Translations under genes and position numbers: made by a program
Source of the DNA: Ascidiella aspersa
Taxonomy: Eukaryota
DNA: 64,000 bases
NCBI GenBank assembly: GCA_963924565.1
Contig: OZ004615.1
Span: 7,316,001-7,380,000, forward strand
Direction of reading: 5' to 3'
Notes under the pieces: model-generated
Databases searched by the model: none
What the model was told of the DNA's origin: nothing
Seen by the model: the letters and a program-made list of their open reading frames with translations, nothing else
Part shown: positions 57,801 to 64,000 of the stretch, piece by piece
Layout: each line of letters opens with the position of its first letter
Numbering within the stretch: the first letter of the stretch is position 1

Positions 57801-60800
57801 TGGCTGTCGGTTTGTCAGCACAGCAAAATATATAGGAAGAAACAAATGCTAACGCGATTTCTCTATACAAGTGGTTCCTAACGTTTTTATTTTGGTGACC
57901 CAATTTTGTGTTTTCGGAAACGTATCCCCCTAATTTTAGGCTTGGCCAAAAAACAAAAAAAAATAATTTTAATCATTCACATTTCTAGATTGATTGATTT
58001 AAAATTTGGCAAGATATCCTGATTTATCCAAAGCTAACCACAATTAAATGAATTTCCAGGGTTTCCGTTCTAGTAAATACAAGTTCGTAATCCCATTGAA
58101 GAGAACCATACTGAAACAAAAGCAAAGTTGAGTTCTTGCAGCGTATTAGTGTTACTTTTTGTAATTGAAATTTTAAAACTAAAGTGATCTTAATTTAGTT
58201 ATATTTTATAGCAATTATATTTGTAATTATGTTTTTACTTTAATTTCTTTATTTTCTAATGTTACAAAGATGAGCAACAAATAGTAATTTACAGAAGCGT
58301 ACGGCTCATTAAGCGACTTGCTTTTTGGTGATATAACCACCTAAATAAAACTTTCCAATTACCCCTTGCTAAACTTGAGCGGATGTCAACCTTAGGTTGG
58401 CAACTATATTTGTGTTGTAAGATAAAATACAAAATGTCGTATAAAACATTGCAAATTACGACATCAGAACTAGGCTAAGTTAGTTGCCTAAACCTAAACT
58501 ATGCTTACCTTTTTGTTGCATTTGCTGTTTTTCTTTCCATAGAAACAAAGACTGCTGCTTGAGCTTAATCGCCGTTAGCTTGCGCTGACTTTCCGTATAA
58601 CCCTAAAAACAGATTGCAGCATTATGACAATATACGCAATTTTATCGGACTTTGTCTTACTAAAAGTATATCTGATGTTAAACTCATGGAATGGTTATGT
58701 TATTTTATATGTTAGTTTAGTATGCACTTCCATAGTAGACGACTTATCATATTGTCTACATATTTACCGTTATTTCTATTGACTTGGTATGAATTATATC
58801 AACGTATTGTGTGACAACAAGCACACAAATCGTAATCGATTTACGTAATGAATATTGGTTTATCAATTACTGTTGAGTCTTTCTGTAGTTATATTACCAC
58901 ATGCTCAGCTTAGATCTGTTGTTTTCTATTTATTTAGTTCAAATGGGTTTCAATACTCCGTTTAACCAGAGTCAATTATCTGCTAAACTAAACGTTGTTT
59001 TTTTGTATCAAGCTTTCCCATGCTAACACTCCAACAGCTAGGACACACAACACAGGTTACATAGGTTGTCTGTTAGACTTGTACATACCATATAAATGTG
59101 AAACAAGCAGAGCGTCGATAAACCGATAGTCAATATCCGGACACATCTGCTAAATCCAATATACCTACGCCTCCATCGCCTTGCCATTGCAGAAATAGGA
59201 ACTCACATAGTTTTGAAACAGTGCCACCCTGTTGCGATTGCTTAACTTTCTTTGTGTTCACAGTGTTCTACAGAGGTGAATGACATCAGCTGGAGATCAT
59301 AATCGCGCGAGTGGCGCCCCAGGCTACACTTAAATCTGTAGTTTCATACCTGACGGAATGCAATTTTTAAAAGGTGTATACTGGCACTTTGCTGCACGTG
59401 GTAAAGTTGTTAAGTTCTAGTTGAGGGATTCCCCGCCATTCTTGAATTAACAGCCAGTTAACCTGAAAGGTGTTTCGAAAGGTTGCGAGGTCTGACAACA
59501 CTTGATAGTGCTGTTCTCCATTTATTTGCAAGACTTTTTTACTGAAAGAGTAACCCTGTTCGTCGTCATAAAAATGAGTCAATTACACATCTTAGTATTT
59601 TAATATGCCAAACATTGTTCATTTTGATTCAATTGATTTTAATCAGCGAATAATCTGCATGCATGGACTACAAGGCGCTATTGGCGTTTAAAAAACAGTA
59701 AACACAAACAAAAGTAAAACATTTAAAGAAAATATATGTTCTTTATAACTCTGTGATTTAACGTGAACCAACTCCATCACGACTAATTGAAACATTTTAT
59801 CGAGTAACACGCAAACAAATCTATTTCCCCAGGTACAGTGTTTATTTAAACTCAGATACGCAACACCAATGAGGCCATGAGGGTTTGTAAAATAATTTTC
59901 TAGGTGTCTGTTTAACATCCTATAAATCTATTAACTGACGAATTTCATTATTTGGAAATTGTTTTAAAACGTACATATTATTTCGTTGTGTAGAGGTCCC
60001 ACCGTCTGTATTTGTTATTTACTGTGTTTGTTGTGCGTGTGCTAAATGCCTGTTTAAGTCGTTCTGGTATATTTCCTTTCCCTGCATCCTGCTCGTTAAC
60101 TGGCCAGTTTTAATCCTCGACGCATTCGCTTTTACTGCAACGTTAGTCGTGTCCTTTGTACTGCAAAACAGTCAACAATGCACGCCTTACTGGCAACACG
60201 TGTTTTTACTGCGCTGTAAGCTCTTTTATTGAAAGCGAGCTATGTTAAATTATGTGAATGTACAATAAATCTATAAGCGACCTGACAGTATGCTCCTTAA
60301 ATTACAATGGCAATTTGTTTTAGTTTCGAGTCAGATAGCACGGTGGTCATGTCTCACCTGTTGAAATATACAGTTGCAAACCATCTCAATTTTGCGTGAT
60401 ATTTGACAAACGCTATAATTCATCAGAGGTAGCGTTTTACTTTCAGGGTTCCTGTTTTATAACCTTGAAGGTGGATCATTATGTACCCAACATGTTTCCA
60501 CCAACGCATAGCCTACGAGTAAGAAACAGGGCAGACGACACAATAATTTTTAGGAATTTTGGAATTAAGTTCTTAATATTTTGTCGAACAAATGTAATAT
60601 GCAATGTGTGGTCTACTTGTTTGAAAGCCCGTAAGGCAATATAAACGGAGCTGTGTTGTTCAGCTTAATTTTTGACTTTCAGCTTGATTAAACATGATAT
60701 TCATAAAAAAATATTGTGATACCTTGTCTTTGAGTTTACAATTGCTACAGTTAGGACTGGCCTGGGAATTATCAATAGCTATATTGAAAATAACCCAACT

Positions 60801-63263
60801 TGTATTTTAATGAAAAATATTTTGCGTACTCACACCGTGTAATAACAACTTATTCAAAATTAAAGCATGTGTATTTATTGTTTTCAATTGTAGACAATTT
60901 TGTTTACGGAGCTCTACACATTAAAAAGGTTAGCATGTCAATGAGGTTTGTACCTTACACACTTGCTCCTTTTGTTGGTCCTGGAACACCAAAGTTTATA
61001 CAATATCACTTTCACAGCATTCTATCAGGTCTAAGGCAAAATTCGCTGTAAAAAGTATTGGCAAATTACAAACAATGTCGAAGTATATTTAAACCTAATG
61101 TGTTTGCCGGGGCTTCAACTCCAAAAGCAAGGCTTCTATACCCAGCGCAATTTTCAAAATCTTCGAACCGCATACCAGTGAACAAATGCGTGTTCGTCAC
61201 AAAAGATGAATGGAACGCAAATGGCAAATTGGAAAAGCTTCCTTTCATCGACAATCAGTACACGGAGACTTAATAAAGCACGAAAAACTTATTTTGCCAA
61301 ATCCGCCATTAAGAGTTTTCGTACCCCTTTGCGGCAAAACTGTTTATATGAAATATTTGGCGGATAAGGGTCATGATGTAGTCGGCTTGGAGTTTTTAGA
61401 AACAGCAGTAAATATGTTTTTTAAAGATCAATCATTATCGTATAAAAGAGATTCTAAACCCCACTCTCGTTTACAATGTTTCAAAGCAGCCACCGCAAAA
61501 TTTCAATATTTTGTGGTGGTATATTTAAGCGAATTCTGAGTTAATCGGGAAATTTGATGCTGTGTGGGATTGATGCAGCGTTGTTGCAGTAAACACTGCA
61601 GATCGTCAAACCCACATTTATTTTATTACCCAGATTTTAAAGAACGGCGCTAGTATTGTGTTGAACAGCTACGAATATGATCAAACATAGTTTGGGGGTC
61701 CGAAACTTTAGTGATATTAAGCAATGTTTTGGCACAACCTTTCAGGTTAGGTGTCTCAACGACAGCTATGACGGCCTGCAACCCCGATTCCGTAGATATG
61801 GACTTGACAAAATGTTTATAATCATATATCTGTAGACTCACAACCCCGTGGTTTGAAAGTAATTAATGCTATGGTAATATAAACCTTATTTTAGTCCAAT
61901 ACTTATATTGGTTTTGCTGAGGGATCTTTTCTGCTTTAACCTGAATTGTCTCCAATGATTTGAATATTTGGCAGAATCAATTTTTGCCTATTTAGCCCAC
62001 AGTACAAATTCAAAAAATATTCGCGCTTAGCGCCAACCTTTCTCTTATTTCAGTACTTTTTTTACCGTTGGCAATGAATTTAAACCCAGCAATATACAAC
62101 TCGTCTTCATACAATTCATATTTGTGACATAACAAACAACTTAAATATGCTAGAATTAGATGCTGATACAATTAGCCTACTCGCGTTTACTAAATAAAAC
62201 CACAGATGTTGAAGGAGTGGGTTGATTATGAGTCTCATTAATGTCTTTGTCTAGAGGAATTAACCTATCTTCTCCAAGGAAGGGACAGATTGTAGAAAAT
62301 TGTTCATTTTATTGTCTGATTCAGACAAAATATCCACTCGATTTTCGTTGGCTTAAAGTGAGCCAGCAAGCGGTCTGAAACCGTTCTGTTTATTGACTGA
62401 CCACTCAAGTTTGCGAAATCCGTAGGAATAATTCTGCCTAAAAGAAAGGTAAATACGTAATTGATCCTTATCGTACAGTGGTTCTCAACCTTTTTTTTTA
62501 CCCGTGGCCCCTTTGTGATGCTGTCAAATAGTCGCGGACCCCTTACATTTTTCTGGTGTAATATCTGCGTTTAGTTATTTTTAATTATTTAGTATATCTG
62601 CCTAGTGCACCTTATGTAAGGTAAAGTAGCAGACAACGCCAAACTACTTTATGACACGCTTATTTTAATGTGATTTCTGCTGCTGTATCTCCGAAGTACG
62701 GCAAGTCTTAAAATGCGTGGTTGTGTTTTTGACAATGCTAGACGTTGTCATCTTTGGGAACGATAGAAAAAGACAAAATCAAGTACATGTGAACTGTTGT
62801 AATGATGCCTTCCATTTTACAAAATATTTGTGTTACATCACAATGGAAGTGGTAAGTCACACTCAATGCGATTTACAACATGTTACAATGTGATTTTATC
62901 ACTTACCAAGAATGTGATTAAGAATGTTACCCAGCGTTAATTAATATAATAAAGGTAAATTTAGAAGTTTTTGCGAACCCCCTTAAAATGTTTTGCGGAC
63001 CCCCAGGGGTCCGTGGACCCCTGGGGGGGAACCACCTAATATAATATTTCATTACATATAACACGTTACACGGGCGTTGCTATAAGTCGTTTTTCTCGAC
63101 TTTGTCTTATACGCGGAAATATAATTTCTGTCCAAATACGGTTTCAACAAAAGCCCTGACTTCATATAAACAATAAACAATACAACGGAACTGGCCAACA
63201 AATATCTGATAATAAAAATATCGATGTGTTTACTGAATGGCGCTTTAAACCATGTGGTTAACA
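48687..63263 (-). CDS. Galactose-3-O-sulfotransferase (GAL3ST / cerebroside sulfotransferase family), type II Golgi protein, >=475 aa; start codon not located
   Basis: Exons 63070-63263 (TM), 58509-58602, 56930-57037, 56302-56470, 54759-55003, 53236-53355, 52445-52611, 51285-51361, 50897-50999, 48687-48836; phases are consistent. Motifs: 5'-PSB FVKTHKTGSTTVNNILLR, CHHIRF, 3'-PB YITILREP..CFESGF, N.QAFDLG, FDLVMITE.LDESLILL, WNSLD..LY.YF. Confidence 0.9.
49058..49873. mobile_element. Non-autonomous hAT MITE with internal insertion
   Basis: CAGTGTTTCTCAACC...GGTTGAGAAGCGCTG; TSD CCTTAAGG/CCTTAAAG; contains an ACCCTAACCC/CGGCGCC-rich segment (~49340-49520) and a (TA)n tract. Confidence 0.82.
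50897..50999 (-). CDS. GAL3ST-like exon
   Basis: CVDEYDMDDMRPWVSRIRLRESSGEICDKLSWGE; donor GAG|GTGAT. Confidence 0.82.
51285..51361 (-). CDS. GAL3ST-like exon
   Basis: IDEYGRSRMQNELLEFRALVEATNQ; TTTATAG|...AA|GTAAG. Confidence 0.88.
51546..51978. mobile_element. MITE with CAGGGGCGGATCC-type termini
   Basis: AGGGGCGGATCC...GGATCAGCCCCTG; TSD CTCCCGTG/CTTCCGTG. Related ends at ~9595 and ~9896, and a shared TGACGTCA-rich interior. Confidence 0.75.
52445..52611 (-). CDS. GAL3ST-like exon
   Basis: MLCMDSYDDILY...QIRSWNSLDTHLYSYFDKRLEKQ; donor CAG|GTAAA. Confidence 0.92.
53236..53355 (-). CDS. GAL3ST-like exon
   Basis: FDNDRSDAYYTKNAILKVDEWFDLVMITEKLDESLILLK. Confidence 0.92.
53457..53768. mobile_element. 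Decayed hAT MITE
   Basis: CAAGGCTTCCCAAACT...AGTTTCACAAGCTCTG; TSD ACCTAAAC/ACCTATAC; CGCGACCC repeats. Confidence 0.7.
53999..54610. mobile_element. Non-autonomous hAT MITE nested in an older MITE remnant
   Basis: TIR CAGTGGTCGGCAACC...GGTTGCCGACCCCTG; perfect TSD CTCTTGAG; CCGGTCCG subterminal repeats. Confidence 0.92.
54759..55003 (-). CDS. GAL3ST-like exon (3'-PB)
   Basis: FNRNKVRRVVPDNSLYITILREPGECFESGFSFF...KNYQAFDL. Confidence 0.92.
56302..56470 (-). CDS. GAL3ST-like exon
   Basis: STTVNNILLRHAEKRQLIVGLP...GYPAPF...YDVLCHHI; donor AG|GTAAG. Confidence 0.92.
56930..57037 (-). CDS. GAL3ST-like exon (5'-PSB start)
   Basis: ...KCVAREGLVFVKTHKT; donor G|GTAAG. Confidence 0.9.
58509..58602 (-). 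CDS. GAL3ST-like stem exon
   Basis: GYTESQRKLTAIKLKQQSLFLWKEKQQMQQK; TTTTTAG|...G|GTAAG. Confidence 0.7.
61180..61866 (+). pseudogene. TPMT: Thiopurine S-methyltransferase (TPMT) intronless pseudogene, antisense within a GAL3ST intron
   Basis: W..KWQIGKASFH, RVFVPLCGK..MKYLADKGHDVVGLE, ISIFCG, GKFDAVWD*, YEYD, YGLD. Frameshifts near 61219 and 61500; in-frame stops TGA 61571-61573 and TAG 61688-61690; no introns. Confidence 0.88.
62476..63036. mobile_element. hAT MITE
   Basis: Left TIR CAGTGGTTCTCAACCTTTTT; right end GGACCCC/GGGGTCC repeats and GAACCAC. Confidence 0.72.
63070..63263 (-). CDS. GAL3ST-like putative transmembrane exon
   Basis: CGTTTAG| acceptor; hydrophobic IDIFIIRYLLASSVVLFIVYM; donor |GTAACG is phase 0, matching the next exon. 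Confidence 0.55.
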
Positions 63264-64000
63264 CTAAACGGATATGCGTAAGAACTCGCAGACCTTCTCG
63301 CTAGGCGGAAATTTGTGTCAGAAAAGTTATTTTGCAAATTTTTGCAAGGTTGTCTGCCATGGGCTTTTTTTCAGAAATTTTCCATTGCGACATTTTAACA
63401 GCGAATAAAAACGAATTATTTGTGAAAATAACAATGTTATACGCTACAATGTCAAACAACTTTCGCATAATCTGCAGGTTTACATTTAATCGCTTCTTAA
63501 AACTTTGTGTGCGATGTTTCTATCTAAACAATGATACTATAATATCTTATAGTATCTTTGATCTAAAAAACAATACCTTAATGCTGATCATTGTGGCTAT
63601 GAAATATATTATTCGGAAATGGAACAAGTTGCGATATTAACTTGTTTCAAAAGTTTTAAGAAAGCCCAGCTGATTTAGAAGCAAATTTAGAATATTTTGG
63701 CCGACAAAGATTTCTATCATTGTGTATATTTCAACAGGGGAGACATGACCACCGTGCTATCTGATTCCACTAAATCGAAACTAAAACCAACTGCCATTGT
63801 AATTTAAAGAACATACTGTCAGGTCGCTTATAGATTTATTGTACTTTCACATAATTTAGCATATTTCGCTTTCAATAAAAGAGCTTACAGCGCAGCAAAA
63901 CGCGTATCGCCAGTAAGGCGTGCATTGTTGACTGTTGTGTTTTATCCAGCAGTAGCGTGACACTATATAGCACAAGAGCGACTGCGATGGGGAGTGGGAG

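Noticed and set aside
59207-59340. Possible additional GAL3ST stem exon ending at a GTGAGT donor
   Set aside because: The only open frame exits in phase 1, incompatible with the phase-0 exon at 58602.
1-64000. CRISPR arrays, rRNA, operons or other prokaryotic systems
   Set aside because: The sequence is spliceosomal-intron-containing eukaryotic DNA. Short repeats (GACTT, GTGGTACG) are MITE subterminal motifs, not repeat-spacer arrays.

Overview
AT-rich, intron-containing animal genomic DNA. The compact introns, dense hAT-type MITEs and gene content suggest an invertebrate chordate such as an ascidian (inference). I spliced four protein-coding genes by hand from GT-AG sites and reading-frame continuity, all on the minus strand. 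(1) and (2) are a tandem pair of SLC10A/ASBT-like Na+/bile-acid cotransporters (550-6083 and 11711-16813; 8 coding exons and 378 aa each; identical intron phases). (3) is a secreted modular protein with the architecture signal peptide-[12-Cys Ly6/uPAR (LYPD6-like) domain-somatomedin B domain]x2-charged tail (22364-39144); it has two candidate last-exon acceptors. (4) is a type II membrane galactose-3-O-sulfotransferase (GAL3ST-like, 48687 to >=63263; start codon not located). An intronless, disabled TPMT copy lies antisense in a GAL3ST intron. Non-coding DNA holds about 20 non-autonomous hAT MITEs (several with 8-bp TSDs, some nested), a tRNA-derived element, a fold-back element and local tandem duplications. 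Most ORFs in the supplied track are spurious or intron read-throughs. The most unusual item is the LU-SMB repeat protein, which joins in one chain the two domain types that form the vertebrate uPAR-vitronectin interface.
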